From Bacteroidia bacterium (lineage in GTDB: Bacteria > Bacteroidota > Bacteroidia > NS11-12g > UBA955), in the NCBI GenBank assembly GCA_020853295.1, contig JADYZD010000234.1, positions 1 to 49,968 on the forward strand: DNA of 49,968 nt, given 5' to 3'. Made by a program: the position numbers and the translations under genes. Under the pieces are notes generated by a model. The model searched no databases and was not told where the DNA came from. It saw nothing but the letters and a program-made list of their open reading frames with translations. This document shows positions 24,017-34,021 of the stretch, in pieces. Position 1 is the first letter of the stretch. Each line of letters begins with the position of its first letter.

Positions 24017-24673
24017 TCTTCTTTTATGATTGAGACTTCGGGCAAAAGTATACTATTTGACCCGTTTATCAGTCCAAATCCGTTGGCCTCGTCTATTGAT
24101 GTGAACACTATTTCCCCAGATTACATGTTGCTTTCTCATGGACATGAAGACCATATTGCTGATGCACCTGCAATTGCGCAACGCAGCAACTGCACGGTGG
24201 TGGCTATTTGGGAACTTGCAGCCTGGATGGTTGATAAAGGTGCCACACATACCCATGGAATGAACATAGGAGGCACTTGGAATTTTGATTTTGGGCGGGT
24301 AAAAATGGTACAAGCCATACATAGCAGCACTTTGCCCGATGGAAACTCGGCCGGCAATGCTGCCGGTTTTGTGGTTCAAAATGAAGTGGATTGCTTTTAC
24401 TATGCTGGAGATACTGCTTTGTACAGTGACATGGCCTTAATACCTAAGAGATTTAAACTTAAAACAGCATTCTTACCCATTGGAAGTAACTTTACCATGG
24501 ATATTGAGGATGCTATAGATGCAGCAAAAATCTTGGGAGTTACCCATGTTATAGGCATGCACTACGATACATTTGGGTTTATCGTTATTAATCATGAAGA
24601 TGCTATTGCTGCCTTTGCCAATGCAGGAATTACACTAGAACTAATGAAAATTGGCAGCACAATTACAATATAA
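23993..24673 (+). CDS. UPF0173-family metal-dependent hydrolase (metallo-beta-lactamase fold)
   Basis: MRVTYFGHSSFMIETSGKSILFDPFISPNPLA...LLSHGHEDHIAD: the HxHxDH motif and a family-typical N-terminus. Confidence 0.8.
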   Translation: MRVTYFGHSSFMIETSGKSILFDPFISPNPLASSIDVNTISPDYMLLSHGHEDHIADAPAIAQRSNCTVVAIWELAAWMVDKGATHTHGMNIGGTWNFDFGRVKMVQAIHSSTLPDGNSAGNAAGFVVQNEVDCFYYAGDTALYSDMALIPKRFKLKTAFLPIGSNFTMDIEDAIDAAKILGVTHVIGMHYDTFGFIVINHEDAIAAFANAGITLELMKIGSTITI

Positions 24674-24685
24674 AAAATAAAGACA

Positions 24686-25492
24686 ATGGGAAAAATAATA
24701 GCCATAGCAAATCAAAAAGGTGGGGTTGGAAAAACCACCTCCGCCATCAATCTCGCCGCCAGCTTGGCTGTGCTGGAACACAAAACCTTGCTTATCGATG
24801 CAGATCCGCAGGCAAATGCATCTTCAGGCTTGGGATTTGATCCCAAAAACATTAAAATTGGCTTGTATGAATGCTTGGTACAGGATATCAATCCTAAAGA
24901 TGTCATTCTTACTACTGAAGTGCCGTACCTAAGCTTAATGCCTTCAAACATTGACCTGGTAGGTGCCGAAATTGAACTTTTAGACATGCCCAACAGGGAA
25001 AGAATGATGGAAGGTGCTTTAAAAGCGCTAAAAGCAGAATTTGATTTTATTATCATCGATTGTTCTCCTTCTTTGGGTTTGATAACCACAAATGCTTTGT
25101 GTGCTGCCGATAGTGTGCTTATTCCAGTTCAATGCGAGTATTTTGCATTAGAAGGTTTGGGCAAATTGCTCAACACCATCAAAATTATTCAACAACACCT
25201 CAATAAAAATCTGGATATTGAAGGTATACTACTTACCATGTACGACGGTCGTTTGCGTTTGAGCAACCAAGTTGTAGATGATGTAAAAACCCATTTTCAA
25301 GACATTGTTTTCGAAACCATTATCCAACGCAACACCAAATTGGGTGAAGCACCAAGTTTTGGTTTGCCTGTATTGTACCACGATGCGGAAAGCCGCGGTT
25401 CCATGAACTACCTAAATTTGGCTAGGGAGATATTGGAGAAAAACGGAATTTTTACTCCAGAAACCGATAAACAGGAGGTGCCTGTATCATGA
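24686..25492 (+). CDS. parA: chromosome partitioning ATPase ParA/Soj
   Basis: Deviant Walker A KGGVGKTT, ...IIDCSPSLG..., and an ATGA overlap with parB. Confidence 0.9.
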   Translation: MGKIIAIANQKGGVGKTTSAINLAASLAVLEHKTLLIDADPQANASSGLGFDPKNIKIGLYECLVQDINPKDVILTTEVPYLSLMPSNIDLVGAEIELLDMPNRERMMEGALKALKAEFDFIIIDCSPSLGLITTNALCAADSVLIPVQCEYFALEGLGKLLNTIKIIQQHLNKNLDIEGILLTMYDGRLRLSNQVVDDVKTHFQDIVFETIIQRNTKLGEAPSFGLPVLYHDAESRGSMNYLNLAREILEKNGIFTPETDKQEVPVS

Positions 25493-26373
25493 GTGCAATA
25501 GTGAAAAAGAAAGCTGCATTGGGCCGTGGGTTAAGCGCATTGCTCGAAAATTCAGACACCGATATCACCAGCCGCGAGGTAAGGCCCGTTGGTTCGGTAA
25601 GTATGATCCCTTTAAATGAGGTAGAAGCCAATCCATTTCAACCCAGAACCGAATTTGGACAACAAGAACTTGAAGAACTCGCAACTTCTATAAAAGTACA
25701 TGGGGTTATCCAACCCATAACAGTACGAAAAATGGGGTACGACAAGTACCAATTGATTAGTGGAGAACGCCGTACACGTGCATCTATACTGGCTGGCCTA
25801 ACAAAAATACCAGCATATGTAAGGGTGGCCAATGACCAAGAAATGCTGGAAATGGCATTGATTGAAAACATTCAAAGGGCTGACTTAAATGCCATAGAGG
25901 TGGCCATGAGTTATAAAAGGCTTTTAGAAGAATGTACCTTAAAGCAAGAAGAACTTGGTGAACGTGTAGGTAAAGACCGAACTACCGTAAACAATTACTT
26001 GCGCCTGCTAAAATTACCCGATGAAATACAAATAGGCATCAGAGAAGGGAAAATTAGTATGGGCCATGCCAGAGCCATGGTGAATATGGATGATATTGCA
26101 GAACAGTTGGAACTCTTTCATCAAATTATTGAAGACAACCTGAGTGTAAGGGTAGTTGAGAATTTGTTAAAAGAACGCAAAAATGGAAATAAAGTGGAAT
26201 TCACTATTAATGGTACTGATTGGGATCCAGAAATAGACCGCATTAGAGAAATATTTAGCGAAAAACTAAAAACGGCAGTACACCTAAAGCACAGTGGTAA
26301 AGGAAAAGGCAAAGTAATTATTTCCTATAAAAACATGGCAGATTTGGAACGCATTTTGGGGATACTGCCCTAA
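25489..26373 (+). CDS. parB: chromosome partitioning protein ParB/Spo0J
   Basis: GVIQPITVRK...YQLISGERRTRAS...ALIENIQRADLN, the ParB box motifs. It is translationally coupled to parA. Confidence 0.9.
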   Translation: MSAIVKKKAALGRGLSALLENSDTDITSREVRPVGSVSMIPLNEVEANPFQPRTEFGQQELEELATSIKVHGVIQPITVRKMGYDKYQLISGERRTRASILAGLTKIPAYVRVANDQEMLEMALIENIQRADLNAIEVAMSYKRLLEECTLKQEELGERVGKDRTTVNNYLRLLKLPDEIQIGIREGKISMGHARAMVNMDDIAEQLELFHQIIEDNLSVRVVENLLKERKNGNKVEFTINGTDWDPEIDRIREIFSEKLKTAVHLKHSGKGKGKVIISYKNMADLERILGILP

Positions 26374-26381
26374 ACCAGCCT

Positions 26382-26903
26382 GTGAAATATTTATTGCTTT
26401 TCATATTTATCGCGCTTTCTTCTTTGGTGGGTTATGCCCAAGACACAAGCAGTTCTGAGGTAAAAACCCCCAAACCACCGCTGAAATTGCTGAGTTTTGC
26501 CGACCCACACAACCCCACCAAAGCCAGCATATATTCTGCTGTTCTACCGGGGCTCGGACAGGTGTATAACCAAAAGTATTGGAAAGTGCCAGTAATTTAC
26601 GCATCCATGGGCACAGCCACATACTTTATGCTCACCCAAAGACAGATTATGCGCGATTCAAATGCTTCGTTTAGGGCATTGGCGGCTGCCAATAAATCAC
26701 CCGATGCTTTTGCCATAAAGGCGCGTGACAATGCCCGCCGTTACCGCGATTTTGCCATCATTAGCATATCCGCCATTTATGTGTTACAAATCGTAGATGC
26801 CACAGTAGACGCCCACTTTTACAAACTCAATATCGATCAAGATTTGGAAGCCAAATTCAACCCAACTCCTACCCGATTTTGCACCTTAACCTACCGCTTT
26901 TAA
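26382..26903 (+). CDS. DUF5683-like membrane/periplasmic protein
   Basis: GTG start and signal peptide MKYLLLFIFIALSSLVGYAQ. It carries ...ASIYSAVLPGLGQVYNQKYWKVPVIYA..., the pattern found downstream of parB in many Bacteroidota. Confidence 0.6.
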   Translation: MKYLLLFIFIALSSLVGYAQDTSSSEVKTPKPPLKLLSFADPHNPTKASIYSAVLPGLGQVYNQKYWKVPVIYASMGTATYFMLTQRQIMRDSNASFRALAAANKSPDAFAIKARDNARRYRDFAIISISAIYVLQIVDATVDAHFYKLNIDQDLEAKFNPTPTRFCTLTYRF

Positions 26904-27217
26904 TGGACAGAAAATCCCAAATATTGGAATTTTTAAAGGAGTCACCACAAGACGCATTTTTAAACTACGCTTTGGCCCAAGAACATATTGGTGCGGGAAA
27001 TGATGCAGAAGCTGAAGAGATTTTTCGTCATTTATTGCTGTGGCATCCCAATTATGTGGCCACTTATTACCACTTAGGCAAACTGCTCGAAAGAAAACAA
27101 GAAGTGGATGCAGCTAAAGAGATGTATAAAAACGGAATTGAAGTTGCCAAAAGCATTAAAGAGCAACATGCACTTAGCGAATTGCAAAGTGCATTGTTAG
27201 AACTGGAGTACGATTAG
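26903..27217 (+). CDS. small TPR-like protein
   Basis: The ATG at 26903 overlaps the upstream stop (TAATG). 104 aa. ...AEEIFRHLLLWHPNYVATYYHLGKLLERKQEVDAAKEMYKNGIEVA reads as TPR-type helical hairpins. Confidence 0.55.
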   Translation: MDRKSQILEFLKESPQDAFLNYALAQEHIGAGNDAEAEEIFRHLLLWHPNYVATYYHLGKLLERKQEVDAAKEMYKNGIEVAKSIKEQHALSELQSALLELEYD

Positions 27218-28101
27218 TATTCAGGAATTGGACTGGCAGGAATATCTCCTACTCCAGGAATATCATGGGTTCCGTTTTTCACTTTACCAGGTACATGTAC
27301 GGGTATTTTACCTTGGTTGTTGGGAATGTTTATATTAACAGGTTCTATAGTAGAAATCGTACTGCGGGTAGTTTGAATTCTTAAATCTGGGCACCATGTA
27401 CCACCGCCAATACCACCCATAGTTATAATCGTTTTTTTAGCTTGAATATGGGCAGTTGGCAGGATATTGGATTTGATTTTTGAATCGGCATACTTCCAAG
27501 CATCCTTAAGTGGGATTTCATACTTACCTATGAGGTTTTTGTTTATGTCAAAAAAACTAAAGGCAAAAAAACTGTCGTGCCACACCCTAGGAATGGCAAT
27601 GTCAAAAGTGCCTTCAGGTGTCCGTTCAAATTCAAACACTTCTATATCGCGTTTAACTACAATGCTATAGACCCCATCGTCGCCGTTAAGTGCACCACCT
27701 ACAAGTGTAAAGCGAAATGTGGTGTCAGTAGCTGTTTGTTGGAATATCGGTTCAGAACCCGGTCCAGTTAGTGGAATTACTTCAATATCATTTTGTTGGG
27801 CACTGCTGTTATCTGCGGCAAATAAGAGCAACAAGCCCATTGCCCATTTGCGAATGGTACTATAAAAAATAGGAATTTTTTTGATTTCTTTATTCAATTG
27901 TTCGCTGCGCAAACGACCGCAAACATCATCCTTGCTGGTCTTAAAAAAATCGAGCAATTGCGCATTGGACATTTTTGTAAAATCCACAACAGTTTTGCTG
28001 CAAACTGCACAGTGCCTGCCTTGCTCGCTGGGCGACATGAATTCCCAGTTTTCATTACAGGGCTCTACAATGCTAAGCGATAAGGCAGGTTTTTTCTTCA
28101 T
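27214..28101 (-). CDS. hypothetical protein with an N-terminal Cys-rich motif
   Basis: The ORF-track start at 28107 is a TTG. The ATG at 28101 overlaps the stop of the upstream small ORF (ATGA). The N-terminus is CNENWEFMSPSEQGRHCAVCSKTVVDFTKMS, followed by one hydrophobic segment. Confidence 0.55.
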   Translation of the reverse strand: MKKKPALSLSIVEPCNENWEFMSPSEQGRHCAVCSKTVVDFTKMSNAQLLDFFKTSKDDVCGRLRSEQLNKEIKKIPIFYSTIRKWAMGLLLLFAADNSSAQQNDIEVIPLTGPGSEPIFQQTATDTTFRFTLVGGALNGDDGVYSIVVKRDIEVFEFERTPEGTFDIAIPRVWHDSFFAFSFFDINKNLIGKYEIPLKDAWKYADSKIKSNILPTAHIQAKKTIITMGGIGGGTWCPDLRIQTTRSTISTIEPVNINIPNNQGKIPVHVPGKVKNGTHDIPGVGDIPASPIPEY

Positions 28102-28301
28102 ACGCAAGTTAGAAATTTATTGAATTTGCCAGCCAATCCGGGCATTTCCATTTCTTGAAGGTTGGCTTTTGGAATTGCCGCTTTCCTTATTTTTTCATAA
28201 AAGGCAATGAGTTCTGCATCACTGTATTCTGTGAAAGCAAAAACATGCTCTTCGATGATATCCATAAGTTTCGTTTTGTTTTCTGTTGGTTTCATATACA
28301 T
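28098..28301 (-). CDS. small hypothetical protein (67 aa), translationally coupled to the downstream gene
   Basis: ATG start and an ATGA stop/start overlap with the 27214..28101 gene. No recognisable family. Confidence 0.4.
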   Translation of the reverse strand: MYMKPTENKTKLMDIIEEHVFAFTEYSDAELIAFYEKIRKAAIPKANLQEMEMPGLAGKFNKFLTCV

Positions 28302-28331
28302 GAATACCTTAAGGGAGAAAAAAGTAAATGC

Positions 28332-28361
28332 GAAAAAAAAAGGCCACCAAAATTGGCGGCC
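28332..28361 (-). terminator. rho-independent terminator after the BI-1 family gene
   Basis: Minus strand reads AGGCCGCC-aatttt-GGTGGCCT followed by ttttttttt. Confidence 0.75.
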
Positions 28362-28385
28362 TCATATATGTGATGATTAAATTTT

Positions 28386-29129
28386 TTAGTCTCTGCTGGC
28401 TATTTTGCTCAACAACCTCAATATTTCTAGGTACAACCATACCAAGGTTACCAAAAGGCCAAATGCAGAATACCACTCCATATATTTGGGAGCACCAATT
28501 TTACTTTGTTCATCAATCATGTTAAAATCAATGATCAGATTGAAAGCCGCAATTCCTGCAACAATAGCAGAAATGGCTATTGACAACCAACCATTGCCAT
28601 AATAAAATGATTGAACACCAAATAAAGACATGATAATGTTTACCAAATAAAACAAGCCTACACCTAGAGTAGCAAACATGATGATTTTGGTAAACATGGG
28701 GGTTGCGCGCAGCAAACCAGTTCTATAAGCCAAAAGCATGGCAGCAAAAATTAACAAAGTAATGGTTACGGCTTGTATCACTATTCCGTCGTACAAATAG
28801 TTAAAAACCATGCTGATAATGCCCAAGAATACACCTTCAACAGCGGCATAAACAGGCGCCAAATAAGGAGACCATTCTTTTTTAAAGGTTATAACCAAAG
28901 CCAAAATAAAACCTGCGATTGCAGAACCGTACAACCAGGTTTTGAGTCCCATAGATGCGGCTATTTCCAAATCGCCACCCATTTTCCACCAAATCCATGC
29001 TGCAGGCACTAACATTGTAGCAAACAACAAAATGCACTTATTGATGGTGCCTTTTAAAGTCATAGATTCGCCTTGGTAGCCTTGGGCCCATTCGGCCATC
29101 TGTTTTTCTGATAATACAGGATTTGACAT
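28386..29129 (-). CDS. Bax inhibitor-1/YccA family membrane protein
   Basis: 247 aa with about 7 hydrophobic segments and the N-terminus MSNPVLSEKQM... The overall architecture is typical of the BaxI_1 type. Confidence 0.65.
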   Translation of the reverse strand: MSNPVLSEKQMAEWAQGYQGESMTLKGTINKCILLFATMLVPAAWIWWKMGGDLEIAASMGLKTWLYGSAIAGFILALVITFKKEWSPYLAPVYAAVEGVFLGIISMVFNYLYDGIVIQAVTITLLIFAAMLLAYRTGLLRATPMFTKIIMFATLGVGLFYLVNIIMSLFGVQSFYYGNGWLSIAISAIVAGIAAFNLIIDFNMIDEQSKIGAPKYMEWYSAFGLLVTLVWLYLEILRLLSKIASRD

Positions 29130-29167
29130 TTTTATAGAGTAATGTTTAGGGTTTCGAATTAAAGCAA

Positions 29168-32100
29168 TCAGCGCATTAAATGCAAAGTTCCTTTTGCTTG
29201 ATATGTTCTGTCTTTATAATCTGTGTAGTCGATTACATACACGTATATGCCTGACTGTGCGGGTTGGCCAAGATAATTGCCATCCCAACCTACTTCATTG
29301 TTTTCGGTTTCAAACAATTTTTCTCCCCAGCGGCTATAAATGCGCATGGTATAGGTTTTCATGCCCCCAGAATTGGGCAAAAATCGGTCGTTTAATCCAT
29401 TGGCATCAGGTGAAAATGCATTGGGAATAAAAATCAGGGGTTCAAAGTAAATGCGTACATCATTGCTCCAACTCTCCCTATTCAATCCTCCATTTTCAAT
29501 GGCTTTAATGCGGAACCACATTCCGTAATGCTCTTTACCATTGTCAAAAAGGTCGGTTTGTGGACTGTTATAACTCTGCACCAAAGTGTAATCAGACTTA
29601 TTCTCAAGCAGGCGATACAATTCGTAACTTCCAACCCCACCAGGCCAGTTCAAATAATCGGTAAAGGTTAATTGATAACTAAACGGACCGGTTTTTAAGC
29701 CTTTCAACAATACATCGGTATTCTGATTTGAATAAATGCTGTCACCACACAAGTTTACAGCCACTGCCCTGTATTCGTAGCTATTGGAATCGGGCATTCC
29801 TGTTTTATCGCTAAACATTACTGCATTGGGGTCTGCAAATCCAACAGTTCCAAAACTGCCTGTGCTGCCCCTAAGTCTGCGTTGTATGTAAATTTGTTTG
29901 TTATACCTTGGTGCATTGGTAAGGTTGTAGAACACCAAAATTTCGGCATCAGAACCTGGAGGTGGATTCACGGTTACCAACCTGCATTCTATTTGTGGAT
30001 CATCAATAAACACATCCAATTTAATGGTGTCACCTACACAGCCAAATTCGCTGGTTTCTATGGTGTACACCTGCGCGTTTTGTAGGCCATTCCAATCTAT
30101 CGTTACACTATTGCCAATGGTAGGTGTTGTAAAACTACCACCCAATAAATTCCAATTGTAAATACTATTTGCAAATCCTTGCACACTGTAGTTGTAGTTG
30201 GTGATGTTAGGCGCACAAATCACATCGCTACCAGAAATTGCAGAAGTGGTGGGTTTGGGATGAATCACCAAAATGGTATCATTCCATGGCCCAACACAGC
30301 CGTATTGTGTAATTTCCCTAACACGTATTGGGAATGAACCAAAAGTATCGGCAACTACAGAAATGGATGGATTTCCCTGACCTATAAACGCCAATCCAGT
30401 GACTTCCCACTCATAAGTAGAACCTACAAAGCCTTTTATGGAATATGAAACGTCGGATGGGGTTTGGCAGAAGTCAAAATCACCCTGCAATACCTCTTTT
30501 ACCGGCACTTGTCTAATGTTTACAATTCTTGCTCTCACCGGCGACAAACAAGGTTGGCCAGTAACAGGGTCTAATGCGGTTGACTGCACACCTACGCTGC
30601 CCACACCTGCAGCCCCCCAATCTACTACTATTCTACCACTGCCTTGGCCTGAAATGATGCTGCCACCTGTAACAATCCAAGAATACGTTTCGCCATTTAC
30701 CGCATCAATAACATACACCAAACCTTTAGTAAACTCACAAATACTTGTATCGCCTTTTGGCAATTGACCTGCTAGGGCATGATCTTTCACAACAAGCAAC
30801 GACACCGTATCACCGGCGCAACCAAACTTATTGATTTCTACAGCTTTTACAAATCCGGTTCCTTTTCCACCCCAGTCTACTGTAATGGTATTGCTCATTG
30901 CTCCAGAAGCTTGAACACCTCCGGTAATAAACCATTTATACACCGAACCTGGGGTTGCAGGTAAAATGCGGTATCGAATGCCATTATTATTGGGACATAT
31001 TGAATTGGGTCCGAGAATAGGTGCTGTTTGGGGGTGTGAAACAAACACATTAAATGTATCCGTAGGACTCGGACAACCCAAGGCATTGGTAACAGTTAGC
31101 GTTACAAAACCATCTCCTGCCACATTCCATTGCACATTGAGAGCATTGCTGGTGCTGCTTCCCAAAATATTTCCACCCAAACTGGTCCATTTATAGGTAA
31201 CATTGGGATCGGCAGTGGAGGAATAATTTGAACTTGTATTTAAACAAAGGGTATCAGAACCACTTATTTTTGGTTTTGAAGGTGCCGCTACCAGAGTAAC
31301 AGCATAAGGCACAGGACCAACAACACAACCATTTGCACTGGTGATGTAAAGGTCTACATTTCCACTGTTGCCACCTCCCCAATTTACTTGAACCGTATTC
31401 AGATTGGTGTCACCAACAATGGTTCCACCTTGAACCCGCCAATGGTATTTGTTTCCGGCTACTTTATTGAGTATGCTATAGTTGACTTTTTGTGAAAACT
31501 GACAAACACTTTTTGGGCCTGTTGGTTTTTCTGGAGGATTAAATGGCGTAACGTAAATGAGAATATTTTCATTTACAAATTTAGATGGACATCCATCATC
31601 AAAGGCCTCAAATGTAATGACATAAGGCTCAGTGCTGAATTGATTGCAATCTGTTTTCCAACAAAATTTGGTGGTGGCAATGCGGGTACCACTTGCAATG
31701 TTTGGTGTCAATGTGGCCTTACTGCCCGTCCAGCCATTGGCACCAGTAAACATATCTCCATAACCCCTAATGGTAACGCGGTCAGTAACGTCCTTATCGT
31801 CAATTACTGAAACGTCTTTACAAATAGTAGCCCCGGCTTCTACGGTCCAGGTTTTGGTGCCGCCTTGGTAGAACAATCGAGGCTTGTTATTCGGCTTGCA
31901 ATCGATAACCAAAATTTGAAGGTCGAGTCGAATGGTTGAAATGGCAACACCATTGCGCCATTCTGTAACTTCTATAGCCACTGCGTATCTGCCACTAAAT
32001 GGAGATAAATAGGTGGTCAAACCATTCAAGGGATCTATTTGGCTAATACCTCCGTTACCAAATGGACGAGAGGCATTATAACCACCCACATAAGCTACAT

Positions 32101-32794
32101 TGCTAATCGAAGGAAAATTGGAAGCACACACATCCGGCAATGGATTTGCGATAGAAGCGCCTTGCCATGGAGTAACAAATCTGTATGAAAGTGAATCTCC
32201 ATCGGGGTCAACTGCCCTATTCCTTACTGTTGTGGTGTCGCGGGCGCAAATAAATGGAACCGGAACATCCAAGAAGTACGGAGAACTGTTTTTTAAAGCA
32301 CTTGCCGGAATTTCGGTATAATAAGTTTGACCTTGGAAAGGATCACCAGTGGCATCATCTTGCAAATTGGTTTGAGTATTTCTGCAGCACCTCTCCCATT
32401 TCAATTTATAACCCGTGCTGGTATTGGGCAATACGATATTGTCCTCATATATGCCTTGTTTCAAACAAGCACTGGCCAGTTCAGGACAAGAAGTATTTCC
32501 TACTGGATCTACGGCAGACTCTTTTTTAAGACGGATATTGGATGCTTTTTCCAATGCGCCATTCTTTCGGTAGGCGCATACGGTAATCACATCATCAAAA
32601 GGGATTTTTCTATCAGGATCGCCGTCATTACTACAATCGCGGTAAACATAAAGGGTAACCCGGTAAGTGGTAAATTGACCATTAGAGCCCACATATTTAT
32701 ATGACATGAAACCACCCACCAAATGGGTTGCATGTATGGTTTCTGTTAAGAAAAGAAATAAGAGGAATAAGGTAATTTTAAGTGTTCTTAACAT
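29168..32794 (-). CDS. T9SS type B sorting-domain (gliding motility-associated C-terminal domain) cell-surface protein with tandem PKD-like repeats
   Basis: 1208 aa with a signal peptide. The C-terminus is IFIPNAFSPDANGLNDRFLP...MRIYSRWGEKLFET...WDGNYLGQPAQSGIYVYVIDYTD...GTLHLMR, the CHU_C/type B T9SS CTD. Confidence 0.85.
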   Translation of the reverse strand: MLRTLKITLFLLFLFLTETIHATHLVGGFMSYKYVGSNGQFTTYRVTLYVYRDCSNDGDPDRKIPFDDVITVCAYRKNGALEKASNIRLKKESAVDPVGNTSCPELASACLKQGIYEDNIVLPNTSTGYKLKWERCCRNTQTNLQDDATGDPFQGQTYYTEIPASALKNSSPYFLDVPVPFICARDTTTVRNRAVDPDGDSLSYRFVTPWQGASIANPLPDVCASNFPSISNVAYVGGYNASRPFGNGGISQIDPLNGLTTYLSPFSGRYAVAIEVTEWRNGVAISTIRLDLQILVIDCKPNNKPRLFYQGGTKTWTVEAGATICKDVSVIDDKDVTDRVTIRGYGDMFTGANGWTGSKATLTPNIASGTRIATTKFCWKTDCNQFSTEPYVITFEAFDDGCPSKFVNENILIYVTPFNPPEKPTGPKSVCQFSQKVNYSILNKVAGNKYHWRVQGGTIVGDTNLNTVQVNWGGGNSGNVDLYITSANGCVVGPVPYAVTLVAAPSKPKISGSDTLCLNTSSNYSSTADPNVTYKWTSLGGNILGSSTSNALNVQWNVAGDGFVTLTVTNALGCPSPTDTFNVFVSHPQTAPILGPNSICPNNNGIRYRILPATPGSVYKWFITGGVQASGAMSNTITVDWGGKGTGFVKAVEINKFGCAGDTVSLLVVKDHALAGQLPKGDTSICEFTKGLVYVIDAVNGETYSWIVTGGSIISGQGSGRIVVDWGAAGVGSVGVQSTALDPVTGQPCLSPVRARIVNIRQVPVKEVLQGDFDFCQTPSDVSYSIKGFVGSTYEWEVTGLAFIGQGNPSISVVADTFGSFPIRVREITQYGCVGPWNDTILVIHPKPTTSAISGSDVICAPNITNYNYSVQGFANSIYNWNLLGGSFTTPTIGNSVTIDWNGLQNAQVYTIETSEFGCVGDTIKLDVFIDDPQIECRLVTVNPPPGSDAEILVFYNLTNAPRYNKQIYIQRRLRGSTGSFGTVGFADPNAVMFSDKTGMPDSNSYEYRAVAVNLCGDSIYSNQNTDVLLKGLKTGPFSYQLTFTDYLNWPGGVGSYELYRLLENKSDYTLVQSYNSPQTDLFDNGKEHYGMWFRIKAIENGGLNRESWSNDVRIYFEPLIFIPNAFSPDANGLNDRFLPNSGGMKTYTMRIYSRWGEKLFETENNEVGWDGNYLGQPAQSGIYVYVIDYTDYKDRTYQAKGTLHLMR
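30008..31528 (-). repeat. six tandem ~80-85-aa PKD-like protein repeats (coding repeat)
   Basis: The recurrent pattern G(P/S/D)..(I/V)C......Y......(Y/N).W...GG.I.......(V/I).V.W......V.V......GC.G.......V appears six times between aa ~423 and ~929. Confidence 0.7.
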
Positions 32795-32950
32795 TGTGCT
32801 CCTTTTGGGATTTAAATAGCTAACGTATATAAGACAATAATTATGCCTTATTGTTGTATCTAAAAGCCAATAAATACAAAAATATTACAAAAAACCGAAT
32901 ATCTGAGAATTGCTTTTGCCCCAGCACAATTCCCGTATTATTTTTGCAAC

Positions 32951-34021
32951 ATGCATTTCAAGGCCGATTGCCTCCATTTTTTGGGTCATATACCCTGTAA
33001 ACCCCACAAAATCCATGGTTATCACTGCCAAGATTGTCCGGCATATAGTAAAATTGAAAAGCGAATTCTCATCATAAAACTGGGTGCTATTGGCGATGTA
33101 ATTCGAACAACTCCATTAATTACCCGTTATAAATCTTTGTACCCCAATGCAAAATTCACGTGGATTACGCTTTCACCCGATATTTTGCCCAGTGCCGAAA
33201 TTCATGAAATACTAAGATTAAACACGGGAACGGTGCTGTATGTGCAAAACACGCAGTGGGACATAGCCATCAATTTGGACAAGGAAAAAGAAGCTTCTGG
33301 CCTATTGGCTATGGTTTCTGCAACTGAAAAGTTTGGATTTATCCTTAAAGATGGAGCCACACAGCCAGTAAATGATTTGGCTGTTCATAAATTTATGACT
33401 GGCTTGTTTGACGATATTTCTAAAGCAAATACAAAGAATTATTGCACTGAAATCTTTGAGTTGTGTGGAATGGAATACCATGGTGAACCCTATTTGTTGG
33501 ACAACCACAATGCCGCTGGCTACACCTGGAATTTGGACACCACCAAAACCACTATAGGATTAAATACAGGTTGCGGAGACCGCTGGACTACCCGATTGTG
33601 GAGTATCGACAAATGGGCAGAATTGGCAAAACAACTGCTTGCCCAAGGTTATCAAGTGGTGCTTTTGGGGGGCAAACAAGAACATGAACGCAACCTTGAA
33701 ATTCAACAAAAAAGCGGTGCCACTTATTTGGGGCATTTTCCTTTAGGGCAATTTATCAATTTAATCAACCAATGCCAATTGGTGGTTACACAAGTTACCA
33801 TGGGCATGCACCTTACACTGGGCCTGCAAAAGAAAATTGTGTTGATCAACAATATATTCAATCCTTACGAATTCGATTTGTTTGGAAAAGGCAAAATCAT
33901 TCAACCGCCTAAGCCATGCAAATGCTATTACCGCGGCAGTTGTGTAGATGGCGTTACTTGCATGGAAACCCTAGATTCTGTGGATGTATTTACTGCTGTA
34001 GAAGAAGTCATGGCGCTATAG
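32951..34021 (+). CDS. glycosyltransferase family 9 (heptosyltransferase-like)
   Basis: KRILIIKLGAIGDVIRTTPLITRYKSLYPNAKFTWIT... and ...VVLLGGKQEHERN... match the GT9 pattern. Confidence 0.7.
   Translation: MHFKADCLHFLGHIPCKPHKIHGYHCQDCPAYSKIEKRILIIKLGAIGDVIRTTPLITRYKSLYPNAKFTWITLSPDILPSAEIHEILRLNTGTVLYVQNTQWDIAINLDKEKEASGLLAMVSATEKFGFILKDGATQPVNDLAVHKFMTGLFDDISKANTKNYCTEIFELCGMEYHGEPYLLDNHNAAGYTWNLDTTKTTIGLNTGCGDRWTTRLWSIDKWAELAKQLLAQGYQVVLLGGKQEHERNLEIQQKSGATYLGHFPLGQFINLINQCQLVVTQVTMGMHLTLGLQKKIVLINNIFNPYEFDLFGKGKIIQPPKPCKCYYRGSCVDGVTCMETLDSVDVFTAVEEVMAL

Noticed and set aside
24686-26373. Search for a canonical parS palindrome (TGTTTCACGTGAAACA-like) in and around parAB
   Set aside because: I found no convincing 16-bp palindrome by eye. 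CACGTG-containing sites at ~3264 and ~25775 lack the flanking arms.
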